From Vulcanimicrobiota bacterium (GTDB taxonomy: Bacteria > Vulcanimicrobiota > Xenobia > Xenobiales > JADMJV01), in NCBI GenBank assembly GCA_050250895.1, contig JBFWNU010000003.1, forward strand, positions 682,109 through 746,108: 64,000 bases of DNA, in the 5' to 3' direction. Position 1 is the stretch's first letter; the number at the start of each line of letters is the position of its first letter. Made by a program: the position numbers and the translations under genes. This document shows, piece after piece, positions 48,001-55,090 of this stretch. Below the pieces are notes generated by a model that searched no databases, had not been told where the DNA came from, and saw only the letters and a list, made by a program, of their open reading frames with translations.

Positions 48001-50179
48001 GGCTGAAGAGCCGGCGGCCGAGCAAGAGCCCGAGGTGGCTGAAGAGCCGGCAGCTGAGGAACAGACAGTTCCGCGGGCTGAGCTGGCCGTACCCCACGAG
48101 GCTCCATCGGAGCAAGGTCCTCCTGTCGAGAAAGTGACCGAAGAGGCCAAGGAAACCAGCGAAGAAGAGGACGAGGACGACGACGAGGGTCCGCGCAAGC
48201 CGGTGCGGCGCCTGGGCTCGTTGCTACGCAAGATTCAGGGCAATGCCAAGACGAAAAGCAAGCGACGCCCGGTCTTCGGAGTGGGCCGACGGGTGCTCGA
48301 GCGCCGCAAAGGGTCCGGCGAGACCTCGGGAGAGCCCGAGGAGTCCTCGGCCGACGAAACGCCGGTAGCCGAGGCCGCGGTCGAGTCAGCCACCGCCGGA
48401 GTCGTCGAGCCGGTGGTTGAAGTCGAACCGACTCCGGAGTCCCAGGCCGAAGTTGACCAGCAGGTCGAAGTTGAGCAACCCGAGGAACTCCAGGTCGACG
48501 AGCGGGCCGAGGAGGTCGAGCAAGAGGCTGAAGAGGACGAGGAGTTCGCCGACGAAGATGAGGAGTTCGCCGACGACGATGAGGAATTCGCCGAAGAGGA
48601 CGAGGACGACGAAGAATCGGGCGAAGCTGAAGAGGTCGAGGAGCTCGACGACGACGAGGCGCGGGTTGGCGAGCCTTTAGTCTCGAGCGAAGACGAGGCC
48701 ACTCTGCAGGCCAGCGGGCGTCGTCCCAAACCGCGGCGGGGCGCCGTTCACCCAGAGAAATACGTCGACACCCAGCTCGAGTTGGTGCCCGACCCGCTGC
48801 CGGTGGATGCGATCTGGGCCGACATGGGCTATCGCGAAACGCCCTTCCGCGAGTCCGAACCGCCCGCGCGGCTGCCACTCTTTCTGCCAGATCACGCTCT
48901 GGCACTGTGTCCTCAGGTTCCGGTTTTCTCGCAGCCCCTGGTGGTGGGTTCAACGCCAGAAGAATTGCCCGAGGAAGAGCAGACCTTGATCGAGCGCGTT
49001 CGGGTGGCCATGCAGGTCAACGACGAGGTCGGCTATGCCGTGGCGGCGTTGCTGGCGGGCATGCGGCCGGGGCCTACGGCCCCCTGGTTGGGAGCGGCCC
49101 TGGTGGGTTTGGCAGGCGAGCTATACGAGAACGAGTATTACCAGGAGAGCGAACGGCTGGCCCGAGCCGGCTCGGGACTGGTGGGGGACTCTGATCGTTT
49201 ACTGGTAGCGGCCTGGCAGATTCGCGGGCGCGTGCGGGCTCTGTGGGGGCGTTTCGAGCGAGCCGAGATGCTTTTGCGCAAAGCCCATAAACTGGCCATC
49301 GAGAGCCCGGTGGTCTCGCGCAGCGAACGAGCCCAAATCGCAGTCGATCTGGCCACCTGTCTGCGCTTTTCCGAGAGCTACAACGAGTCGAACCACTTCA
49401 TGGAAGAGGCTTTCGACATTCTGGCTGAGCAGGTTCCCAAAGCTCAGGCTCTGGTCGTGCAGTGTTGTCTGGCGCTAGGACGGCTGGCTGCCGGACGGTT
49501 CGAGGAGGGACTCAAGACGGTGGAGCGGGCCCTGGCACATCTCGAGGGCGAACCTCCCAGCGGCTACAAGAGCTTGAGTCTGATGTATCTGGCTCGTGTC
49601 CACATGTGGAAGGGCGACGCTCGGACTTCTCTCGAGCTGATGGAGCAAGCCTGGACCGAGCGTGTGCCCGAGACCTATCTCGAGACGGTCGTGTTGGCTG
49701 CCTATGTCGACGCTCACCTGCTGGCCGGCGCGGCTCGTCAGGCCGAAGAGGCCGCTCGCGAGTTGCTGACCGCCTTACCGCCAGAACTCGAGACCCTGGG
49801 ACATCTGCGATTGGGCCTGGCCCTCTTGCTGCAGCGACGATTTATCCAGGCCGAATTTCATCTGCGTCTGGCCGAAGAGCTGGGCACCGATTACCTGGCC
49901 CGCAGCCAGACCTGGCTGATCTGGGCCGTCGAAGGCCTGGCGGAACTGGCTTTGCTGCGGGGCAATCTCGAGAACGGTTTGAAGTTGTCGCAACAGGCCC
50001 ACCAGCTCTTCGAACTGTATCGCGGGGAATCCGAAGACGCAGTAGGAAGCTCTCGCCAACTCTATCGCTTGAGTCGCGTGCACGCTCGCCTGGGAGAGAA
50101 TGAACAGGCCGAGTCTTTGCTGGAGGAAGCCCGAGCCGCCCGCAGCACGGTTCTTCCTGGTTCACTCGCAACCAGCTGA
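42074..50179 (+). CDS. Giant (2701 aa) TPR protein, kinesin-light-chain-like repeats separated by acidic Glu/Pro repeat linkers
   Basis: GPDNLAVA, GDEHSFMARCL, GADHPL TPR spacers; EEPEVAEE repeats. Confidence 0.85.
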   Translation: MPLRFFGRNKWQKELAAGVEALEKGDFPAAEAQLIGAMERAEQMGPDNLAVADTAFALARLYTAQKRLTEARVNDQRAFTHRLEEMGAQDPKTVLSYLALMEYPQPPEYQEEGLLRATLALAQERHGEKDWRCARILSLILGKLPPASLEINGLASQAEAICRHMFGEARAELVKAPDVGGALGDVLKELGHIPAAAVFYSFSARYQEEISGAKSEGAAVALFKLGASLEKSGQSDQALAPLRRSLEIQALKFPSDHEMTRATVNLMALSLSSLGHTEEAGEYFARALEWIDPAHHEARARCLLGLLQAACLDPKKSRDRLLLTDQIVNLAPSLTGPALEYLAQGFRQSATLLSRFWLDAEARGLLEKALEWSQRARGTHDPEVARVHFELARLAHHRGSSQKAEELASKAMMVDDSAPLQIEEGLFLAQRGRWEDATKATQIAIKLLRAEEANPHTGELYMRLAEAQLASVQLDAAGRALRKAYELLPERRRNLAELCMGQLGCMRGSLVEGAKMMSSVLSRLQQLGDFPYQVTLGERDLAAAYYLGGRIDLAETHIERAIESLPPDHPAQAELGSLSARIAADQGRAYEARNKLKLAMQLLDAVTQRGEARRVEALVWAAHLHCDLGLDAEVGRQLCLEGLETTGFPSARMTIFPFPDASLPFLAGLVALHERQDEAKQAKIRAQVLLSRAQAVFEPGDPRLRLCKLWAGPGLEPQESAFVLQALREELARQGDQPRIWEQRALRGCAVANLRLGRVDDALSLARRGLELGKDDRLTDLIRGLEDPSSSPAPDDEIATPEPEPVAAEAVAEPEPVELELVRERAVEVEPDRGPEVVTESETLEFETLPRPEEFVEPEVAEEPESAEPEVAKEPEPAKLEVVTESETLEFEALPIPEEFVEPEVAEEPEPAEPEVAEEPEPVEAEVAEEPEPVEAEVAEEPEPVEAEVAYESTEEVAAEEPEPVEVEVAEEPEPVEAEVAEEPEPAEPEVAEEAEPVEPEVTEEAEPVEAEVAEEAEPAPPAQPDPFQLESVVEALEEDPPEAEAVAAAVNDCVDRYGHASHETVKVLAHFASLYPPESDEAVGYDSQAMELFGEWIDENPKSDLPDLASELAGKSQQRGRLESALGWYARAMQWAHAKFGPGSSESAEVLLRLGEIYEQAEQLEDAEGVYREALVLLESWYGLRSSRLLPTLASLARVSLTRGEFEAATEFLERQSKLLEGPVQTVERAQVLCDLMTTAHRCGEFERSDQARQGLLKSLEGLPVEKRVPFAEQLIEHGRYLQEEFWDPRASEEILSTTSRLLESASPEPVRQLALIEAELAVDYHFKGLEAKAQDSVARARSLTHDLEPAEQLAVLVRLSEVAAQMGAAELARELADRCLELEVTGSGKRSAAASKALLRVANLDLDAYRLEAAETAVAMARSGLAAEDQPQASYLEAQALTLLGRFDEAERIFLELCEAGPLALQARRCLAELCLIQDQFERALEQLEFTVDDAVEHPQDALDLEVKGRILLERGLLLEAGPYVEKAMQIVDGLVQRDDPRRARFLSLMSRLQWMRGEYHEAAELAVEAQDLKAPPTISLHTGLVGLQLAEALVLSQLALGQVKAAERTAESAHLQASEYFGEDDINTHRVLDLLARVALAKGDTDQAESHWTEAIDMARPKLGDEHSFMARCLLGLARLSLERKEWGTARTYAGEARRLEEQARGESFQLIEASLVLARAEEHFDLGEAEYLTDAALDQCGDLLGADHPLNEAIAERLEHINNLLEHSISDEEAPMPRAELAAPEDEEEPQVAEEPAAEEEPEVAEEPVAEEEPQVAEEPAAEEEPEVAEEPAAEEEPEVAEEPVNEEEPQVAEEPAAEEEPEVAEEPVAEEEPEVAEEPVAEEEPEVAEEPVAEEEPKVAEEPAAEEEPEVAEEPAAEEEPEVAEEPAAEEEPEVAEEPVNEAEPKVAEEPAAEEEPEVAEEPAAEEEPEVAEEPAAEQEPEVAEEPAAEEQTVPRAELAVPHEAPSEQGPPVEKVTEEAKETSEEEDEDDDEGPRKPVRRLGSLLRKIQGNAKTKSKRRPVFGVGRRVLERRKGSGETSGEPEESSADETPVAEAAVESATAGVVEPVVEVEPTPESQAEVDQQVEVEQPEELQVDERAEEVEQEAEEDEEFADEDEEFADDDEEFAEEDEDDEESGEAEEVEELDDDEARVGEPLVSSEDEATLQASGRRPKPRRGAVHPEKYVDTQLELVPDPLPVDAIWADMGYRETPFRESEPPARLPLFLPDHALALCPQVPVFSQPLVVGSTPEELPEEEQTLIERVRVAMQVNDEVGYAVAALLAGMRPGPTAPWLGAALVGLAGELYENEYYQESERLARAGSGLVGDSDRLLVAAWQIRGRVRALWGRFERAEMLLRKAHKLAIESPVVSRSERAQIAVDLATCLRFSESYNESNHFMEEAFDILAEQVPKAQALVVQCCLALGRLAAGRFEEGLKTVERALAHLEGEPPSGYKSLSLMYLARVHMWKGDARTSLELMEQAWTERVPETYLETVVLAAYVDAHLLAGAARQAEEAARELLTALPPELETLGHLRLGLALLLQRRFIQAEFHLRLAEELGTDYLARSQTWLIWAVEGLAELALLRGNLENGLKLSQQAHQLFELYRGESEDAVGSSRQLYRLSRVHARLGENEQAESLLEEARAARSTVLPGSLATS
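44640..45130 (+). repeat. 33-bp (11-aa EVAEEPEPVEA) coding tandem repeat
   Basis: ggccgaagagcccgagcc at 44821, 44854, 44887 and further copies. Confidence 0.9.
47444..48055 (+). repeat. 36-bp (12-aa EEEPEVAEEPAA) coding tandem repeat, 17 copies
   Basis: Counted in the translation; flanked on both sides by PRAELA. Confidence 0.92.
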
Positions 50180-50192
50180 CCTCGCCTTCGAT

Positions 50193-50224
50193 TTAAGGGT
50201 TCTGCAAGACCGCGGTTCTATTCT
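50193..50224 (+). promoter_or_regulatory. Direct-repeat promoter TTAAG-N6-GCAAG-N10-TATTCT
   Basis: Same spacing as the three other sites; second half-site is degenerate. Confidence 0.55.
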
Positions 50225-50251
50225 TTTCTCACTACAGAGAGAAGGCTAGTC

Positions 50252-53200
50252 ATGCAAGTCAGCAACATCCACAGAACCACAACCTATCGCTTGAACGCGC
50301 CGCCCCGATCGGCGGCCAAATCCACCCCGGATGTCGATCAAGCCGCGGTCAGCGGCAACAGCCTCGATGGATTACTCGAGTCGCTCAAAGAGGCAGGGCT
50401 CGAGACCCCCAAGCGCGAGTCCGAGCGCATCGCCGGCTCGCTTGAGGCCGGCTACGAATCGCTGGTGCCTTTCCGGCGCGGCAACGACAAAGTGGTGGCC
50501 AGCCTGCGTACCGCTGACGAACTGGCTGATTTCACGGCCCTGGTGCTCAAGCAGGGTGCTTCCGCCGAACTCAACGATTTGAACACCGCCACCTCGACCC
50601 TCGAGCAGCAGGGCGGGCGCATTTATTTCCAACGGGAAGGCACCGACCTGCCTACGAATGCCGCGGGCGCGGCCTTGTTGCTCCATCGCGGCGAGACCGT
50701 TTCGTTGGTCAAAGCCGACGGTGAAGTGGTCACCGCCAGCAACCTCGACGAGGCCCGTCAATTAGGGGCCACTCCGCCGGATTCTTCCTCTGAGTCGGTC
50801 ATTCTTGGCCAACTTCTCGACCGCGCCGCGAGCCTCAAGATCGGGGTTGCCCCCTACGACGCCAGTGCTGACGAAGAATCTCCCACCAAAGCCAGCAACA
50901 TCGCTAAAAACCTCAAGTCGATGTTCGGTGGCAAAGGGGCCAGCCTCGAGAGTAAAGCGGAGTATATCAAGACCCTCTCTGAGGGCGGTAAGCTTACCGT
51001 GGCCCTGCCCGATGACGAGCGCAAGTTGCCTCTACCGGTCGTGCTGGGCCGGGACCAGCTCCAGGCTCTGGTCACCTGGAGCGAGGCTCCGACGCCCGAG
51101 ATGACGGCTTTCAAAGATGCTTACGAAAAGCTACAGAAGAACGATGTCGTGCTGATGGCCCGCGAACAGTCTGGCACCAACAAAGGGATGCTGGCCAACT
51201 CGGATGCCCGCGCCTCGTACCTGAATCTGGTGGGTGGGGGAGAAGTCGTGGCCCTGCTGGCCGATGGCAACCTGCTGAGCCTCAAGCAACCTTCGGATGT
51301 GGTCGCCCTCGAGACGACCGGCAAGGTGCCGGGCCCGCCGCCGACCCGCTACGACGGTGAGAAGAACCCCAGTGACAACCTCTTCATGGTTTATCACGTG
51401 ACCCCCTTTGACCCCATCGAGAAGGGTAACTATGAAGACCTGCCGCTGCGACTGACGGAGGTGGGTTCTTCCCCGCACGTCGACGTGGTAGCCATGCGCA
51501 GCGATTTACCCAACAAACGCAACCTGCGGGTCGACCGGATTCAAAAGGGCGAACTGCAAAACCTGAAGACCATCGACCCCAAGACGGCGATGAGCGACCC
51601 CAAGGTGTTGGAAGACTTCCTCTTCGACACCATCATGGCCAATCAGAGCGACAAGCATCTACGTCTGCTGGTGGGTGGCCACGGCGGGGCCGAGAAAGGT
51701 CTGCTACCCGATGGCGAGCACAACAATGCGGCCGCCGACAACGCCATGCAGGTCGATGACTTTGCTGGCGCCATCAAGAAGTCTCTGGACCGGGTGGAAG
51801 AGGCGACCGGCAAGCGGCCCCGCATCTCGAACCTCATCCTGGGCTCGTGCCTGATGGGCAACACCTCGTTCATTCACGCTCTGGCCAAGACCGGCGACAT
51901 CGACGTGCTGTGCGCCTCGCCCGAGGTGATGATGGGCAGCGACCCCGTGGGCGTCATCGACTATCTCAATACCCCTGAAACCGCCGACGCCAGTCCTCAG
52001 GATTTCGCCAAGTACCTGGTCGACATGATGAGCGAAGCTCCGGCCATGCCCGGTGGCAGCAAAGCGTTGCATCACGCCGACACCTACGGTGCCTACGACT
52101 TGAGTCCGGCCAAAGCCGAGCGCTTCCAGAAGGCCCTCAACGGCTTCTTCGGAGCTTGCCTGGCCGAACCCGAGACCGCTCGCTTCATCAAAGAAGACAT
52201 TGCCCATTGCCCGACCTATGGCGTCAATCCCATCATCAATGTGATGTTCGATGTCGATGATCGCGACCTGATCCAGGTCGTCGAGCGCATCAAGGGAGAT
52301 GCCCGCATCAACTCCAAGGCCATCAAAGAGGCATGTGACGAACTGCTGGCCGCCACTTCAGAACAGGTGATGCTCCAGAAAGTCAGCGAGAACTACGAAG
52401 GCCGCAAGGGCCCGACCATCTACATGCCGGTCGACGGCTTTGACTACGACGAGAAGATGGGTAAAACCGACCTGTTGGCCAACACCGACTATAAGAAGTT
52501 CCTGGACATGATCTTCGAACAACCGCTACAGCGCACGCTGGGCGGCTCGATTCTGACCGAGATCAACCGTTTCACCGAGATGATGCGAACCGACAAGGCC
52601 GAAGAGACCAAGGCCGAAAAGACCGAAGAGACCGAAGAGAAGAAGGGTCTGCAGGACAGGCTACGCGACTTGCTGGGCGGCAAAGATGATTCCGGCTGGG
52701 AGAATTCGGTTCACTCGCTCGAAGATCCGGTCAACGTCTCCGGCGTGCGCAAGGTCTCGAAGAAGATCAAAGCTCTAATCCGCGGTACTGCCGGTGTAGC
52801 CGGCGCCGTGGCGGTGGGTCTGGTGGCGGCCGTCCCCGCCGCCGTGGTCGGACTGGTGCTGGGTGCTCGAGCTGGCTTCACGGGCACCTCGCTGTCGGGG
52901 TCGAGCCATGTCGGCGGTGAAAAACCGCGAGTGCTTCAGACCCTTGGCCAGGCCATTTTGGCTCCGGCCGAAGAGTCTGGCATCGTCAAGCATCAAGAAG
53001 TCGGTTACGCCAAAGGCCAGCTTTCGGCCCGCTTCCAGGGCGCGCTGGTAGGAGCCGCCAAAGGGGCGGTCCGCTCGGCTCTGGCCGGCGCCGCTGTCGG
53101 TGGTCTGGTGGGTGGTCTCATCGCCTACGGCATCGCTGGCATTCCAACCGCCATTCTGCCCGGCGACCCCTCGAAGCATCATCCGCCCGAGGGGCCGGAT

Positions 53201-53287
53201 CTGGCCGAGATTATGGAGGCGGTCGGCAAGGCCCAGGCCGAGCAATCCGAGGCGGCGGGGCAGGCTGACGAGCCGAAACAGCCCTGA
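50252..53287 (+). CDS. Clostripain-family (C11, clan CD) cysteine peptidase with long N-terminal region and C-terminal glycine-zipper segments
   Basis: MSDPKVLEDFL, LLVGGHGG (His), LGSCLMG (Cys), CASPE. Confidence 0.8.
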   Translation: MQVSNIHRTTTYRLNAPPRSAAKSTPDVDQAAVSGNSLDGLLESLKEAGLETPKRESERIAGSLEAGYESLVPFRRGNDKVVASLRTADELADFTALVLKQGASAELNDLNTATSTLEQQGGRIYFQREGTDLPTNAAGAALLLHRGETVSLVKADGEVVTASNLDEARQLGATPPDSSSESVILGQLLDRAASLKIGVAPYDASADEESPTKASNIAKNLKSMFGGKGASLESKAEYIKTLSEGGKLTVALPDDERKLPLPVVLGRDQLQALVTWSEAPTPEMTAFKDAYEKLQKNDVVLMAREQSGTNKGMLANSDARASYLNLVGGGEVVALLADGNLLSLKQPSDVVALETTGKVPGPPPTRYDGEKNPSDNLFMVYHVTPFDPIEKGNYEDLPLRLTEVGSSPHVDVVAMRSDLPNKRNLRVDRIQKGELQNLKTIDPKTAMSDPKVLEDFLFDTIMANQSDKHLRLLVGGHGGAEKGLLPDGEHNNAAADNAMQVDDFAGAIKKSLDRVEEATGKRPRISNLILGSCLMGNTSFIHALAKTGDIDVLCASPEVMMGSDPVGVIDYLNTPETADASPQDFAKYLVDMMSEAPAMPGGSKALHHADTYGAYDLSPAKAERFQKALNGFFGACLAEPETARFIKEDIAHCPTYGVNPIINVMFDVDDRDLIQVVERIKGDARINSKAIKEACDELLAATSEQVMLQKVSENYEGRKGPTIYMPVDGFDYDEKMGKTDLLANTDYKKFLDMIFEQPLQRTLGGSILTEINRFTEMMRTDKAEETKAEKTEETEEKKGLQDRLRDLLGGKDDSGWENSVHSLEDPVNVSGVRKVSKKIKALIRGTAGVAGAVAVGLVAAVPAAVVGLVLGARAGFTGTSLSGSSHVGGEKPRVLQTLGQAILAPAEESGIVKHQEVGYAKGQLSARFQGALVGAAKGAVRSALAGAAVGGLVGGLIAYGIAGIPTAILPGDPSKHHPPEGPDLAEIMEAVGKAQAEQSEAAGQADEPKQP

Positions 53288-53325
53288 GGTTCCCTCAAAA
53301 GTCAACCACGCATTCTTCGACGGCC

Positions 53326-54951
53326 CTACCGGAACTCCAGATGCCGGAACTCGAGTTCTTGCACTTGATCCGAGGGCTCGAGAACGATGAGTAAATGGTC
53401 AGTCTGACCCATGTCCTGGGGCAGGCTGACCTTTCCGTTAACTCCGTCGACCGAGGCCACAACCTGACCGGGCGTGAAATCGATGGTGTGTAGCGGTCCA
53501 TAAGGCTGCACCCCGGGGACATGCAGATAGTCCGACACGATGCCGGAAGCGCCGACCAGGCTGATCGCGTAGCCGCTATCTTCAGCGGCCGTGCGGGCGC
53601 CCACCTCACCCAGTTGAACCAAAAATCCTGGATGGCCTTGATTGCGGATCGCCCGAAAGGTCATCAGATTGATCTGAGTCGGAGTCTTGCGTCGAAAGAC
53701 GACCCCCGCTGTTTCGCCCGCATTGGTGTGGAGTATGCCCGAGGGAAGCAGGTTCTGGCATGAGATGACCTGCCAATCATCAGCCTGATTTGCACCGAAC
53801 CAGCCTCGCAGGGCCCGGGCTTGCGCATCTTCGACCGTACCGGGCACATAGCGAACCTCGGTGGTGAAGCGCCGGACCGGGCTCTCACCCTTTTTGGGCG
53901 GCGGCTGGGGAAAGGTGATCGTCTCGATATGCGTGTTGGGGTTGACCGGTCGGGTGGGCTGCTGTTCGAGTTGCTGGCGAAAGCTGGCCACGATCGCGAT
54001 GGCAAAGGTGGAGAGCACGATCATCACCACCAACAGGGTGATGAACAAAGTTTGAGACGCTTTGACGTTCTGCGTCTCCATGAACTCCTCGAGTTCGTTG
54101 CGGGCCTTCGGAGAGGCCACCGGCAGGTCGAGCTTGGCGTTGGGATCGAGTTCTGCCAGTAGCTCCATCAGCGAGCGTTTCATGCGCGAAGCGGAAATGT
54201 AGCGGTTGGCGGGCAGGTTCTGGGTGGCCCGCTCGACAGCCTCGATCAGGCCGCTGGGCAAAGGGGGATCGACAGTGGACAAGGGTGCCAACTGAAAGGG
54301 TTGAGGGGGGGTGCCGCTGAGCAGATGGTGCATGCTGGCGCCCAGGGCGTAGATGTCCGAGCGAGGCTCTGGATGACCTCGAACCTGTTCCAGTGGCGCA
54401 TAGCCCATGGTCCCGATCTGCGTCTTGGTGGAAGAGGTATCCACCCCTCGGGCAATACCAAAATCGACCAGCACGATCTGGTCGGTTCCTTCGCGCACAA
54501 TGACGTTCTCTGGCTTGATGTCGCGGTGGATCAGAGGCTGAGGGCGGGAATGGAGATAGTCGAGCACGTCGCAAAGCTGAATGGAGTAGCGGACTACCTC
54601 GGCTGGTGAAAAACGCTGGCCGTTCTGACGCTTTTCGTGGAGGATATGGAATAGGCTTTTGCCAGCGATGTATTCCATCACCAGAAACGAGCTATGGCCT
54701 TCGACGAAGTAGTCGATGATGCGCGGAATGCGGGGGTGGTCGAGGGTTTCTAGAAAGCGGGCTTCTTGTTCGAAGCGTCGGCTGAAGTAGATGTGCTCGG
54801 CCTGGTTACGAGCAATCATCTGCTTGAGAGCCACTACCGTATCGGCGTGAAGATCGCGAGCCCGATAAACAGCCCCCATTCCTCCTGCGCCAATTTGCCC
54901 CAGCACCTCATAGCGCTGGTGGACAACTGTTCCTGGCTCAAGCCCCGCCAC
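53326..54951 (-). CDS. Hanks-type Ser/Thr protein kinase with TM helix and C-terminal domain
   Basis: IGAGGMGAVY, VALK, HRDIKPEN, DFGIA, GTMGYAPLEQ, SDIYALG. Confidence 0.95.
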   Translation of the reverse strand: MAGLEPGTVVHQRYEVLGQIGAGGMGAVYRARDLHADTVVALKQMIARNQAEHIYFSRRFEQEARFLETLDHPRIPRIIDYFVEGHSSFLVMEYIAGKSLFHILHEKRQNGQRFSPAEVVRYSIQLCDVLDYLHSRPQPLIHRDIKPENVIVREGTDQIVLVDFGIARGVDTSSTKTQIGTMGYAPLEQVRGHPEPRSDIYALGASMHHLLSGTPPQPFQLAPLSTVDPPLPSGLIEAVERATQNLPANRYISASRMKRSLMELLAELDPNAKLDLPVASPKARNELEEFMETQNVKASQTLFITLLVVMIVLSTFAIAIVASFRQQLEQQPTRPVNPNTHIETITFPQPPPKKGESPVRRFTTEVRYVPGTVEDAQARALRGWFGANQADDWQVISCQNLLPSGILHTNAGETAGVVFRRKTPTQINLMTFRAIRNQGHPGFLVQLGEVGARTAAEDSGYAISLVGASGIVSDYLHVPGVQPYGPLHTIDFTPGQVVASVDGVNGKVSLPQDMGQTDHLLIVLEPSDQVQELEFRHLEFR

Positions 54952-55090
54952 CCTCGCTGACTTCGGGGCTAGCTACCCCTCCCCTTCGCTTTGAGGGGTC
55001 AGTTGAGCAAAAACCAGGGGGTCGACAAGCAGTCGACACTGGTGACTTCGAATCGGAAGGCGCCGGGCCCAACGCGCAGAAGAAGCGGGG

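Noticed and set aside
47326-48953. Minus-strand repetitive ORFs
   Set aside because: Shadows of the 36-bp coding repeat in the TPR gene
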